A stretch of 64,000 nt of DNA from Amphiscolops sp. MND2022 (taxonomy: Eukaryota): the NCBI GenBank assembly GCA_964187785.1, contig OZ076409.1:41170001-41234000 (forward strand), in the 5' to 3' direction. A program made the position numbers and the translations under genes. Below the pieces are notes generated by a model, which did not search any database, had not been told where the DNA came from, and worked only from the letters and a program-made list of their open reading frames with translations. Below are positions 33,066 to 47,334 of this stretch, one piece after another; the first letter of the stretch is position 1; every line of letters begins with the position of its first letter.

Positions 33066-36000
33066 AGCGAGTCAGATGGAAAAAGACTTAAGCCGACTCC
33101 TTTACCGCATATGCGGCTCTGGTTAAAGTATGGTCCTTTTATGGAACCCATGTTTTTGAAGTATGGCTCTTTTACGGAACTAATGCTCTTCTAGTCCTAT
33201 CATCACAAAATTCAATTCAATTTAGGAATAATAAAAAAAAAACATTTTTGTTGGAAGCTCATCTTAGCTTTAATACAAAAATGAAACATCAGAAAATGAA
33301 ATTAAAAAGGAACAAAAACCAATAGATTCATAGAAAAGGACTTCAAAGGAGGATATTGATTCAATCAAGAATATTTACAATTGATTTACAGCGGACGGAT
33401 AAGATATGAAACTTCAAAAATATCACTATCGGAAAACGTTAGGAAAAGCAGACAAACAGCGCAAGGACAACTAAAATCAAGTTTCGAATGATTTCGAGCT
33501 CCATCAAAAACCGTGATGAGACACCTAAAAAGTTCCATTTTTGTGAACAATGTTCGCCAACAGAAATCCAGCTGAACCTGACATCACTAAACAAAAGCAT
33601 ATGCAGAGGAAACGAAGTAAATTCAACAAGACGCCCTCTAAGCACGGGATCTTTTCCGCCTTCTTAGTTGACTAATTTACTTACTTGACTATTTTATTTT
33701 AGTTACTTGACCATTTTAGTTACTAGTAATAAACTACTAGTAACTACTTGACTATTTTAGTTACCAGTAACTAATATCAAGTAGTGGGTTGAGATCATGG
33801 ACATTTGGCAGAATTTGGAAAAAAAACGCAAGACAGATCATAATTTTTCCCCCATTATATGTGGGCGGAAAATAACAAATAACGAAAAATCACTCAAAAT
33901 ACCGTTTATTTTCCCGCGATTCGTCTAATAATTTTGCAAGGATCAACGAAGGAGTTCTGATTTCCGCTCATTATGTCTTCACTGGAAATTGTGCTCGAAA
34001 AACAGGTTTTTGATGACATGAGCAGAATATGGAAACCTTTCGTTTCATAGAGGAACGTAGTATGGAAATCGTGTTTATCATAAAATGACCATAGTATGAT
34101 CATTTTATGACTCGGATTTGCTGTTTTGTATGACCCTTGTATGACTGAACTGTCTCCATAAACAACCATATATGAATTTGTATGATTTGAATTTTTTTTG
34201 TATAGAGGTCAACTATTGTTGGCTTTTCAATCGCTTCGGCTCAAAAAAGTGTCGAATAAAAATCCACCGTACGTACATGAGCCAACAGAAGCTATTTAGT
34301 TTCAATTTAATGAAAAATGCCAAAAGTTGAAGAAACATTGGGAGATTCAACAACAGCATGAAACTTGAATTTTTAGCAATTTTTGAAAAAAAATTGTTGT
34401 TGAAATGTATGATGGAAAAAGATCTGAAAACACTGTGTTCCCGTGGAACAAGGCCTGAAATTACTCTGTCCTGTTGAATAAGATATAAAATAAACGTCAT
34501 GGAAAAAGTGCCAATCCTTGTGAGAAGCCCGATGACGATGATTTCATGACTGTTGATCCAAATTCATACTGACAGGACACAGCATGTGTTTATGGGAATT
34601 CCTAGAGGCATTTTAGAATTTAGAAAACTGGCCACTTAGCATTTTTGTCGCTTTTTTCGTCGATATTGTATATGTTTTTCATTACATAAAACTGTTAGTT
34701 TACTTTTTAGTTTTTTGGCTACCCTTTTAACTCGTATGTCTAATTTTTATTGAAGCCCTACAATCTTGTGCTTCATTGGGGTTATCTAGGTTTATCATAC
34801 TCTTTAATACAAGTAACTCTACATTATTTGAACTTTATTGGCTGTCTCTGGATATTGATACTCTGATTGAGCATTTGGAGTCATATTTCTCCGATACAAA
34901 GGAAATTGAAATTTGCCCTATAAGTTAAATCTCGCTGGTAATCTATTCTAACACTGTAGGTCTTTAAGAAGCCAGGAACAACCCAAGTTGGTGCCCTTCT
35001 CAAGGTTCAAAACGTCTTTTAAATATTCTAAGGGACACTATTGTGGAAAAAATTACAGCGCCAAAAATACTCGAAACTTTGAAAAACACAATTTTTAAAA
35101 CAAAATATCGAAATGTTTCCGTCCGGAAAAGGTCTCAAAACGCCGAAAAATCCAACAAAGTCTCGAAGTTCGCAGAACGTTTTTTCCAAGCCATTTTTGT
35201 AACAATCGAAGTTTTTAAAAATCATGTATTCTGACAAAATAAATTTTTCTAAATAGAAAAAGTCGCACAGAACCACAAAAACCGTATGTCTTTTCCACAG
35301 ATTTTGAAAAAATTCTGATCAGTCCCACAGAACCTGAAGAATAACGAAAGATATCACCCGTAAGGGTCGGAAAACGATTCTCTCCTTAAAGGAAAAGCTC
35401 AATTGAAAGGAGCTTCGGTAAAAATATTCAGAAAAAAATTCAAGGCGAGCGATTTCATGTATCCGGAATAACTTCAATCAGAACTTCCACCCTCTTCAAA
35501 ACTACATGAAATTTTTACATTGAAGCATGCACGCTACGTAAAAAAATCAGGTACTCTTCTTTTGAAAGTCTTTGTAAAACGTCCTTGCAGTTTGGAAAAT
35601 CCTGGCAGATTTACCTATGTTTCGAAAATAATCCAAGCAGCCTAAAGAATTATTGCCAAAAAATCCATGTAAATTCCTCAAAAAATTATTTAGCTAGTGT
35701 GAACCTCCACGTAATCATATGAAAAAACCTGTCCTTTATCACTGACAATAATGCTGCTAAGCATGCATAAATCTCCCTAACAGCTGAAGAAATCGCAAAA
35801 CAAGAACTTTCAATTAAGATTTGAGAAAAATACCAGTAAAAATATGGCAACTAATTGATAACATAACTTAGGCATTTAGTCTCATAAATCTTCTGAAATC
35901 ATCGGTAAAAGGCGACAGCTTGAAACTTCGGTTCACGCTTTTCCTGGGTTCGGCACTTCAAAATCAGCTCCATGACTTTGATAACGTCATCGATTGCATT

Positions 36001-39000
36001 CACCAGCTCAGACACTGATTCACAGCAGCCTCCTCGCAGAATCTCTGTTCTCCAAGAGCGATCTGAAACAAAAAAGGAACAACCGAACGGAAACAAAGCC
36101 AGAGAAAAACAAAAACTCAAAATTTCACAAAATACAGTGATTTCATGCCTCATTCCACCAATATAGTGGTTTTACTGGAATAATGGCAAAAATCGTGAAA
36201 AAACTTCCAAACACAAGAATAACGACTTAAATCAATGAAAAAACTCCAAACATTGCAATAACAACAAAAACTGACGAATACAAGAAACTGTATGCCTTAT
36301 TCCTCTAAAATACAGCAATTCCAGGCATTATTCGACCAATGCGAACGTATAAAGGAATAACATCTAAAATTCAACGTTGTTGGGACAAAGAATGATTGTG
36401 ACTTAGTTTCAGACGTTATTTCAGTTCCACATTCAGATGTTTTTCATTAGACTCTATTCTCGCTCACCCAAACTTACAAATGCTATTCTGACTTCAAGGT
36501 CGAGGAATAACGTCTAAATTTTGCCCCCACATGATGACCATCAAGACACCAGAATAATGACGACGAGTTGTCAGAGACCATCTTCATTAATCTGTTGTTA
36601 GATCGGGCATCATGTTACGCATCAGAGATTAAAAAAAAAGAACAATGGCAATTTATGCATTTTTCAATTTAGATATCACAAACCCAAAATCAACTCTTGG
36701 ATGTACTTAAAAGTATGAAATTAGACTGTATTCCTCAATTCCTCAACTAGGACAACGACTTAAATTCAGAATCGTTGAACGGCATTATGGTAAACGGTCG
36801 TATTCTACCAGAATAATCTAATTTCAGAGTTGGGAAAGAGCGTGAGATTTTTCTGACGAAGGGTGACCTGAATGGGCGCGAAGCCCCAGGGAATGAGTAG
36901 GAGCGAGTTATACAACCAGTATGACGAATAACGAGTATCGTCTGAAAGTGCTTCGGGAACGACTTCCCGTTTTATATTTAGAGGTTATTCCTTTGATGTT
37001 ATTCCCGCTCACAAGCGATCAGAAATAAACTCCGGAATTCCAGAAAGTCATACTTTTGTTGAATTTGCTTTTTTTGTGAAATATTGGAGGACTTTTATCA
37101 TCAAAAATACCAAGTGATCTTTTTCCGCAAGAAATTCAAACCAAAAATTGAAAGCAAAGTCGAAGTTTCACACAATCAAAACCGCTGATTCGGATATTCC
37201 GCGGAGTCCTTCAAAAAACCGTTAGGCGGTTTTCCAACACCGGAAAGAGATAAATATTTAATTTTTCAACAGTTTGCATGCAGGAAAAAATTTTCCCACT
37301 GAAATAACTTCCAGTTTCACGAATTTGTTTGTCGGGCTTGCCGCCGCAGACTATTGTTCACGTCACAATGTAGCGACTGCACGTACAAAAACTAGATTTA
37401 ACACGCGGAAACTTGCTATTTTTTTCGGGGAAGCTTTCTTCTGTTCCGGCGATTTTGCTCTCAAAACCCACCAAATTGTATTCGAATCCTAGTAAATACC
37501 TGAAAAAAAGCACTGAACAGGGAAATATTTAGCATTGATGATTCTCTATGAAACTCGCAAACTCATGCTAAAAGTGCTTGGCAGCATATGAAATCATGTA
37601 AAAATTTCAAGCAGTATAATTTCAAGCAGAAAAAAAAAGACCAAAGTTTTTTTCCTCAAACAACTTGAACGAGAAGTGGATACACCCGAGTACGGTAAAA
37701 AATGTTGGAGGGATTATCAATTTAGATGAATGTTCTTTTTAATTTCGACCTCAATATTTTTAAATTGTATTTGTACACTACTTTTTTACTGAATCTTTCA
37801 TGATTTTAGTAACAAAGATCAATACAGTGTTTTTTTTTAAACTAGGGCAGCTGATGAGTCATCAACCGCCTGTAGTTTTTAATACCTGAGCGGTTCTCAA
37901 GTAGTTCAAGCTATTTTTAACCCATTTGTAGGTAATTGCAAGTCTCGGTCAAAACTCTGCTTGATCAAGTAATGCTAGATCAAGTAATCGATACATTGCG
38001 GAAAAGGCTCTCAGACGAAAATAAGACTTGGAAAAAAAAGACACTAAGCACGGTATTATTGAACAAGAGAGAGCGTCATTGAACCAATATCAAACATAAA
38101 TCGCGCAATACTAAATTTGCAATGACCAGCAACACTTGATTTTTCCTATGGGGCGCACAGACAAAAGGTTGAAAATAATGAAAGGCCAAAAATTCATTGG
38201 AGATGTCCAAAAATCTTGCAAAATCGGCTTTATGTCCTTAAAGAGCGGCCTTTACCTTACAATTTTTCATTGTTCGAAAAGATAGTTAAGGTTTTGAATA
38301 ACCAAAGTATAGATAATTTAAAATGCAGTACTATTTTACAGTACTAATTTAAGATACAGTATGTGCATTATAAAAGATCAAAGAAACAGTAGGAATCAAC
38401 TTTTTGCCGCAATTTCAAAGAAAAGAAAAGAAAAATTGATTGAAGTCCAAGGTTATCGAACACAGGTCATAACTTCACAGAGGACTTTCTTTTTGATTCT
38501 TAGAAAAAAATCATCCTTTCAGCTTTGTTTTTTCCTCCGCACTGAATTAACCACCGGATACAGATTTAAAAGAATATGTCAAAACAATTTGTTCATTTGA
38601 ATTTATATTGCAACGCAAGAAATGGCATCCAGAAAGCTTTGTATTCGTTTCCCTGCTGGGCTTTTTCTGACACTTTAATCGATTTGTTGGAAATTTCTGA
38701 ACACATTTGGCATAGATAAAATATGACAAAGCGTCTTAAATTATTTATCTGACAAACTTAAAGTTCCAGCAAAGAGTGATTGACGTGGTGCATCTCTATA
38801 TATGGCACAAACAAAGCTTAATACAAATCTGGAAGGCTATTTCGGGAGAAAAGTAGTCGCAGGCGGAACTTTTACTTTATACAAATTTGAACAGATGAAA
38901 TGAAATGCCTAACTTAAAAAGACCCAAAATGTGATGTCCTAGTTTTTGCTTGAGCATAGAAAGTATCCAAGCATTTCTCTGGTCGACACTTTCCGATTGA

Positions 39001-39169
39001 AAGAACGGATACTGTAGTATAGTAGTTTCAAGACGTTCATGTTTTAAGACCTCTGACAAAAAGCACATTAGGAAGCTTAGTAGCAGTACGATATTTTTCG
39101 TCCATAGTTCTGAACGCTTTAGGAAAAAACGAACACTTACTTATCTCATTTGTTTGACCAAAAAAACAT

Positions 39170-41210
39170 AGGCGCGACGGCATGTTGCGCTTGGCTTCGA
39201 ACAGAAACTTTCAATGGTCTGCAGAAGGTGATACAAATTGTGTCTATTCCAGGGACCACCAAAACCATGTGAACTTATCATGACTCAGATCAGGAAATTT
39301 TGATGAAAACCCTAGGTTACAAAAATCACAACTCTTGCAAAATTCTTACAAGAATTCTTGTAAGATCTTGTAAGAAAATGCATTTTTAGAATCTAACTCT
39401 TCCAAAAATCTTGCAAGAATGGAATTTTCTGCTCAGAATGTTACAAAAAATGCATAAATCTGACAAAATGCTTACAAAAATTGCATTTCGTGCCTCAAAA
39501 AACTTCGAACGGCTGCAGAAAAAAAACATAGAAAAATGTTACAAACGCCCATTATATAGCTAATCTATTCTAGAGGAACAACTCTCCCTTCTCGGAAAGG
39601 AAGGAATTCCTTAAATTGAAGGAATTTTTGGATATTTTAGATCTTTCGTCTTCAACGAATTTTAGGTCGAAATTACACATTGCAAATTTTGTAAGAATTG
39701 TTTAACGCAAAAATGCTGTTTTTGCAAAAATGTTATCAGAATCTTGTAAGAAATGTTCGACATTGTAACAAATTTGCGATTCTTGTACAAACATGTAAGA
39801 TTCTTGTAAGAAATGCAAAGTTGGCAAGAATTTCGGAAGAATTTTGCAAGATTTGTGATTCCTGTAACCTAGGGGAACTAAAAAGATGGGAAAATGAAAA
39901 TCGGAATTTTACCAGAAACACGAGGGCGTCATACTTCATGACGGAAACTTAGATGGTAAAAAAACTAGACCACATCCTTGTCGTACTTTCTGAAGGAGAA
40001 AGGTTCCCGTTTACAGTTCTGAAAAAAATTATCTACCAATTGGAAAAAACTCCAAAATTGGTTTCCATTTCTATTTTCTGTTTCAGACATTTTTTCATCA
40101 CTTCATTTGTCCACAAAAAGCGAGCGGAAAAACATCACTTTTAGAACATCACCGAGAACTCTTTAGTATTTAGTTTGAGTCATGGGATATAGAAGCTCAG
40201 GTATAAAAGAAGGTATAAAATTCAAAATCGGCAAAAGTTTTGGCAGAAAAACGAAGGCGTCATACTTGATGACGGAAACTTTGTTGGTACAAAAACTAGC
40301 CTACATCATTTCTCTAGTTATTGAAGGATATGTTTTCTGTATCTCTTATCAGTTTTGAGAAACATAAACTTCAAAAGTGAAAAAATTTCAGATATTTTTC
40401 TCATTACTTTTTTGTCTAAAAAAACAAGCAGGAAATGAACGTTGACGTCATTTTTAGGCCAAAATGTAGCCTATAAAATGCTTGTACAATTTACGAAACC
40501 ATGGACTCTGCATTCGGTCTCAGATCTGAGATACATTAGATCAAAGATTTAAAAACTGCTTCACAAAAAAACATCAAGTCGAAGTTTTATGAATTTTTCG
40601 GCGAAAATGTAGCCTAGGATCTTGTGCAACTTTTAGCGAAAACATTGTGTCCATATCTCTTGTGGGTTTTGAGTAATTTGCCTCACAAGTTTTAAAGGTG
40701 GGCGCATGCCACCAAATTTGCGGAAAAACTCCATCACATGGGCACCTCGCAGAGCTGGAGCGCCAAAAACTAAAGCGCGACAACATGGCACGCTTGGCAT
40801 CTCGCAGAAATGTTCAATGGTCTGCAGAAGGTGCTGCAAATTGTGTATTTTAGCCTAAAACGGAGCCCACAGAACCCTCGTACAATTTACTCCGTAAGTT
40901 GTCTTGGTTCTGAGCTATAGGTGATCAAAGATGAAAAAGACTCAAAAATTGCGATTTTTCAAAACCTCTTCGCAATAAAACCATGAAGCCGAAATTTTTG
41001 ACACTTTTTTAGATCTAGGATCTTGCGCAACTATTAGCGAAAACATAGTTTTCATATCTGTTCTAGGTTTTGAGAAATTTACCTCACAAGTTTGAATATT
41101 AGGCACAAAATCTGCGAAAGAAACTCCACCATATGGGGATTCTCGCAAAGCTCGCAGCTCCAAAATTAAAACTCGACAATATGGGCATCTCGCAAAGCTG
41201 GAGCCCCCAA
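39170..41210. repeat. Old diverged local duplications, interrupted by the 39310 MITE
   Basis: ttcaatggtctgcagaaggtg at ~39212 and ~40813; gcgtcatactt.atgacggaaactt at ~39926 and ~40257; ctaggatcttg.gcaact at ~40614 and ~41015. Confidence 0.7.
39310..39874. mobile_element. CCC-ended MITE, third family
   Basis: ~38-bp imperfect TIR CCCTAGGTTACA..AATCACAA.TCTTGCAAAATTCTT with tcttgtaaga subterminal repeats. TSD imperfect (AA/GA). Confidence 0.8.
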
Positions 41211-41636
41211 AAGTCCCGAGTGGAAAAATCCTTGGAAAGAGATCTGAGATCTTGAGAAAGATTTTCTATGCAAATAGCGTTCCAAAGTATTCATCTAAAA
41301 CTGAATATTTCCCTCATTCTAGCTTATCCTTGGCAAGACTTGTTTCGGAAGAAAAGTCAGTGTTTTGGATATTTTTCCAATTTATTCGCTATATCAGAAA
41401 ACAGTAAAAGTTTAGTTCAATTTGAAAAAATCCAAAAATTTAGAAACTATTGACGTCAAACCCCGCTTTGTTTTGTTGCAGGCGTGACCTGATAGTTCAT
41501 AGCATCAGTAATTCGAATGGACCACATCCATTAAAGCTGAAAAGTGGCGCTATTGAAGTTCATTTGATAGATACGATAGTTCGACACCGAACAGATGCGA
41601 ATTCCAGCCAATTGACAAAATGAACATGTTACTGAC

Positions 41637-41855
41637 TGTTATACGGTTCAATCGTCCCTTTGACTTTTACCGAGTTTCGGTTAACTAACTTTAGTCTGAA
41701 GAATATACGAGTTGTTAGTAAATAAACTCAAAAACAACTTAGAATAAATACATTCATTTGTGAAACGTTTGTATTGAAATAAAGTTACGAGAATAGAAAC
41801 CTTACATTTTATACTTATTACTCTTTTTTAGCTACTTAGTCTTAGAATACCAACA
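41637..41855 (+). repeat. 5' LTR
   Basis: TGTTATACGG...CAACA, homologous to 45855-46073. Confidence 0.92.
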
Positions 41856-44800
41856 TGGCCCAGTCAGCTAACTTTCGAACAAATTGAACCGAAAATTTTA
41901 TGAGAAAAAATAGTGTACCGAAACTGGAAGCAAAGTCTTCGGATAGAAATGCGGTATTCACACCGAGACAGTGGTTAGAACGATTTCGACAGTTTACGAA
42001 GTGAGAACATAAAATAGCATTTCTCCACTAATGAAAGGACAAAATTTCACGGAGACCGGATGCACCAGAAAAGAACAACTTATCCAACAAGATTTCAGCT
42101 GGGGAGTGGGACCGGAAGCCTGGTTTCAGATAACCCGAGCCGAGTACAAAACAGAACCGGACAGCAGAAAAATAAAAGACTTGATCCGGTTGTTCACCGA
42201 GCACTACTGACCAAAACGCAACACATACCACAACCGCGGAGACTTTTTCTGTGACAAACAAACGGAAAATGAAATACCCCAAGAATTTTGGAGAAGACTG
42301 TTCGAAAGGAATGCAATTTTAACACAATTTCAGCTAAAGAAATACTGTTATCCAAATACACGACAGCAATCAACGACAAAAAATACGGAACAAGATGATG
42401 ATAAAATACATTGGAACAGAAAAAAACAAATGTGGTAAGAAAGGCCACTATGCTAAAGCTTGTACACAAAAATTCGCCAACTACTGAACAGTGTAAAGGT
42501 TACCCGAAAAAGAAACTGAAGGCCTACACGAAACATAATGTGAGTCGGACGAAAGTATACACCACAAAAAAAAAAGAAGAAAAGGCAATCGAAGAAAACA
42601 CTATACGGCAATTGTAACAAAAAAAACGCGATAAAGAAAGATTTTATGATCGACACCGGATCACCGATAACGTTAATGCCACAGGATCAAAAGATATTGA
42701 AATAAACCTATTTACAGAAATTAACAAATAGATACCATTGTAAGAACAAAATCAAAGTGCGATTCCGGGGAGAAAAATTTCCGGTAAACATGGAATACGA
42801 AAATAACAAAAATGGAAGTTTAAATACCCAAAAGAACAGACATAACACCTTTACTCGGGATGGACTGGATGAAGAAATTCAAACTAACGATAGGAAGAAT
42901 ACAATTGGGCAAGAACAGCCACTCAGAACGCCAGATATTATTCAATAGATTCCCCGAACTGTTTGAAAATAAGAAAACGATAAAAAGACACCGCGGTAAA
43001 CATGCAGTTAAAACCGGGACACTACACGGTAGAACAAAAAACCAGACCGGTTACACTACATCTACAAGAAGACGTAGGATGCGAACTGGAGAGATTGGTA
43101 AAATCCGGGAATTGAGAAAATTTCAACGACGTGTATGAAGATTGTTTTGTATCGCTAGTGATAACAACCGTAAAAACGAAAAATCAGTGAAGATAGCATT
43201 AGACTCATGGAAATTGAATGAAAGGTGGTTCAGATTGAGACCTCACATGCCGAACATAGAAAAACGAAGAACTACTAAATCAAATTTTGGCAGGCATTGC
43301 TCGAGACCGAACCGTACAACTATTTATTTCAAATATAGAGCTGGACTATGCAAACGGACAAATGAAACTATCCGAAAAGACAAGCCAACATTGCGTATTC
43401 GCACTTACCGTGGGGATGGTGGATTTTACTGATTCAAAAAGGTATGTATCTGTATGGCATCGTGGTCCGGATTTCTTTCACAGGAATAGAATATTCGAGA
43501 ACAAATGCAGCGTGAACAAAACCGAACAGAACGAAAAAACCACATCCGGGCAGTTTGATATTCACACTGTACAATCCAGTCGCAAATTGCAAAACGAAAC
43601 AACAAAAATATGGACCGACAAAATTTCTACCACTGGGAAGCGACCCGTGAAAATATAGATATCATTAGACGCCGAAACAAAAGTCCGGGAAGCAGAAGAT
43701 TAGTGGAGCAGAGAATTGCTTTGTTTTCGACCCGCCACCCTGAGACGCCGCAATGACCACCGAAGCCAAAGAACGATATTTGCGCCCTCCAGCCCAAATA
43801 AAAGAAACCGAGACGAAATTGCTGAGAGTGACTGTGAACTCTTGAAAAGAGCAAGTTTTCTGGGTGGAGGATGCCAAGATAACCTACCTATAGTTGACTT
43901 GAACAAGTAAAACACTGACGGGAAGGAAACCAGGTAGATCCAGGTAAACTATATTGTGGGAAACCTGACGGGGAACAAGTAAGTGACCGAAGAAATTATC
44001 AAAAAAGCGGAATTCGAATTTATGTTGGATCTAAAGACTCTCAGTTCAGAAACCGCGATAGATCCGGAACCTACCCATCAGAATTGGCTTTGCAGGGAGA
44101 AGACCGCGAAACTGCACAAGACAGATAAAAGCAGGCGTTTGATACACTATCAACCACATGGGGCCTTGGCTTTGTGTTCGTCGACGATAAGATAATAGTA
44201 TCCAATGATCTCAGAAGACGATTATTCGATATTCTGCACCTCGGCCATTCCGGAATGACAAAGATGGAGACCGAGGCCAAAATATTCTAACGGACAGAGA
44301 CAAAGAGTGGGAATTCCTCGCATCCGGTGAAATCGTAAAATACCACACAAAAAACGACGGAAAATGAGGGAAACAAACCGAACCCCGGCAAGAAGTACAA
44401 ATAGACTTTACGGGGAAACTACACGACAAAAATAATCACGGACACGTACAAAAAATAATTGTCGTGAACAGATTCAGTAAATGGCCAACCGCATAATTTA
44501 GTAAAACATCGGGAACAAAAGAAGTGTTCAATTTTTTATCAAGCAGCATTAATCTACACGGAATACCGAAAAAAGTCAAATATTATAAAAGGGGGGCCTT
44601 TATCTCAAAAGAATACCAGGAATATTGCAGAAACCGAAACATAGAAATTGAATAATGTACACCCCAAATACATACGGGGAAACAGAGTAGTAGTACACAC
44701 AAACCAGTCTTTAAAGACACTTGTATTAGCAAATATGGAAGACGGTGAGAAACTAACCGAGAGTGTCAGCCGAGCATCACGAGTAATGCGATTTACCGTA

Positions 44801-45854
44801 CACAAAGTGGTTGAAAAGAACACCTTTCCAAATGCACCACGGAAGTGAACCGAGAACGGAAATAAAAAATAACGTTAAAGACGGTAAAACCTATTTATCT
44901 GATTGGTCAGAATTTTTTCTTTCAGCACCAATCAGGCTAAAAATACCCATTTATGTGGAGGGTTAAATTACGAGCCACATCGTGATTGCACGCACAAAAA
45001 CCGAAGAAAAACAATCATTGGATGGACCGAAATCACCTGCTATGCCTTCAAACTTGTAGAAAGAACCATGACAAGAAATCCTCTCAAGGAAAAGCTCAGG
45101 ACAACATACAAACCGCAATGAGCGGAATTGAAAACACTGTTAAAACAGATACCACATTAATTTGCCGAAACTTTAATTCGAGTTCATTGTTTCAGACCGA
45201 GAAGAAAACTATCCGGAAACATGTACGACTAACAAGCGGTGAAATACAGACGGTGAGAACAGACACTGTACGTAAAAGTACTGGACGGAAAAGTAAGGCC
45301 GATGGGATGGAATCTTTCGGGACATACTCAACGGTAAACTAAAGATAAAGTGCAAAAGAACGGAAACTAAAGAAGTGCAATTTCGTAAAAAGGCAGATAC
45401 TGATACAGAAGATGATGACGATGACGACGCTGATGAATAAACGCCGGAATCGACCAGGAGATCCGCATATGACACTTCTAAGCGAAAGGGTGGACTCATT
45501 CCGATACTAACAAATCCGGACGACGATACCATACAGATACAAACGATGGAGAATTATCGGGTCAGAACATTGAACCTATAATTCAGCGCTCAAACCGAAA
45601 TGTAACTAAACCGAGTAGATACCGCTGTGTACAGGATTTTTTGGGGGCTAAAGAATGGACAAAGTAATTTTTCATCTGTTACAGGTACAACGTGGAACCG
45701 ACATAAAGAAACGCCCAACCGGAGATTGTACAGAACCCAGCAGTCTTTCTTCCAATTGATCCGGTCTTGGCACCACCGAGACTACGATCTGCATCCGCAT
45801 CCAAAACACTCTTCCACTAAACAAAGAAAGCCGAGAAGGAGAGAGAAGGGGAAA

Positions 45855-46073
45855 TGTTATACGGTGCATCTGTCTCTTTGAACTTTACCGAGTTTCGGTT
45901 CACTAACATTAGTCAGAAGACTATCCGAGTTGTTAGTGAACAAACTCAAGAACAACTTATATTAAGTACATTCATTTGTGATATGTTCGTTTTGAGATAA
46001 AGGTACGAGAATAGAAACCTTTTATTTTATACTTTTTTTCTCTTTTTGAACTTCTTGGTCTTGAAATACAACA
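45855..46073 (+). repeat. 3' LTR
   Basis: TGTTATACGG...CAACA, preceded by the PPT and followed by TSD CTGAC. Confidence 0.92.
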
Positions 46074-46496
46074 CTGACTAGTTCTAATTATAAATAAGGA
46101 TGAAAAGTCGATAATTCGGAATAATGCATGAGCTACTATAGATTCATTTTTCATCGAAATAAACGTTATACCCGAAACGGAATTTGCCAAAAAAGGAAAA
46201 AAAACTTCGAAGTTCTGTAATTTAACTTTCGGTTTAAATTGGTACTACTAATAAGACATTTGTTTATATTTCAAGATTCGTTTTGATTACAGACTTTGTT
46301 TTCGAACTCTGGAGGCGCTCATGCTGGCCAAAACTTTCCAAAACTGACCTTAACAAGATTTTATAAAACAAAACCTTGCAAACATGCAGCACTACTAAAC
46401 TTAGGCGCTTTATTTAAAAAAAACTCAGGTATTTTAAACTCATTTGCTACGCGTATTGTTTGTTGTTGATTTCAGTCGTAGAAACGTTACTGTTCC

Positions 46497-47334
46497 AGTA
46501 AGCCGGGAACGTTCCAAGTCGGTGTCCCACTCAATGCTGAAAAAGCGACAAGAATAAGGTTTTGAAAAGCTTTTGTGCTACTCATTGTTTTTCTTGAGCT
46601 GAAAATTTAGATTAGGTACTGTAAGACTCTGCTCTGATTTATAAAAACGCCGACTAAAATCAGACTAGATAAAAATTTAATGCAAAAGCGTGGGCTAAAA
46701 ATTTTTTTCCTTTACCTTCTCATCGATGCTTTCTTTTTTGTCGGTGTTCTTCGTGCTTAAATTGATTGTTGAAGAAAAATCAACTATCTCCGATTTTTAG
46801 TCGACGCTTTTCGTGGAACACGCAGACTAAAGCAGTGACTTTTCTTTTATTTTTTAAAGATCAACGAAGTGACAGATTTTATAAGCTTTATAAGCTGGCT
46901 CTCACTAACGCTAACTGCCACACTGAACTGTTACTTCTACTGGCACTTGGCATAGAGGTTAATTAGGATTTTTTGAGGTCTGCCAAGCAGTAGAACATAG
47001 GTTCGAGTCTCGCCCTTGACCAAATTTTTTTGTGCATGTTATTTCGGTTTGTGAGAATTTTCTTTCGCATTTTTTTAATGCGTCCAAAGGGTCCCCCTTC
47101 AATTTGTTCCTATTTTGCAACAGAATGGATGTTCAAAAAATCCCAAATCGTCCCCCTTTTTACATTTTTCGGCACTACGCGACTTACCGGAGACTTCAGA
47201 AAATTTCGAGAGAAAATTTTGGAATTTTTTCTCCTCATTCGAGTACTGTAGAAGAAAGTACTTGACACTTTGAAGTCCTTCTGCTATTTTTGAGCCTTAG
47301 ATATGGCGCCGACTTGAGCCGTTCTGGGCTTGTT
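46497..47334. mobile_element. Non-autonomous TIR element carrying a tRNA-like Pol III promoter relic
   Basis: Left end aagccgggaacgttccaagtcgg and right end ccgacttgagccgttctgggcttgtt. Related ends at ~27454 and ~57828. Confidence 0.65.

Larger units (their letters stand above)
41637..46073 (+). mobile_element. Decayed, internally deleted Ty3/Gypsy element in TRPC intron 2
   Basis: Two 219-bp LTRs and a 5-bp TSD CTGAC. TGG-starting PBS at 41856 and polypurine tract at ~45833-45854. Relics FMIDTGSP (PR), SVKIALDS (RT), LHLGHSGMTKM and QIDFTGKL (INT). Confidence 0.93.

Noticed and set aside
46940..47025. Functional tRNA gene
   Set aside because: No convincing cloverleaf, and an internal T run lies between the boxes.
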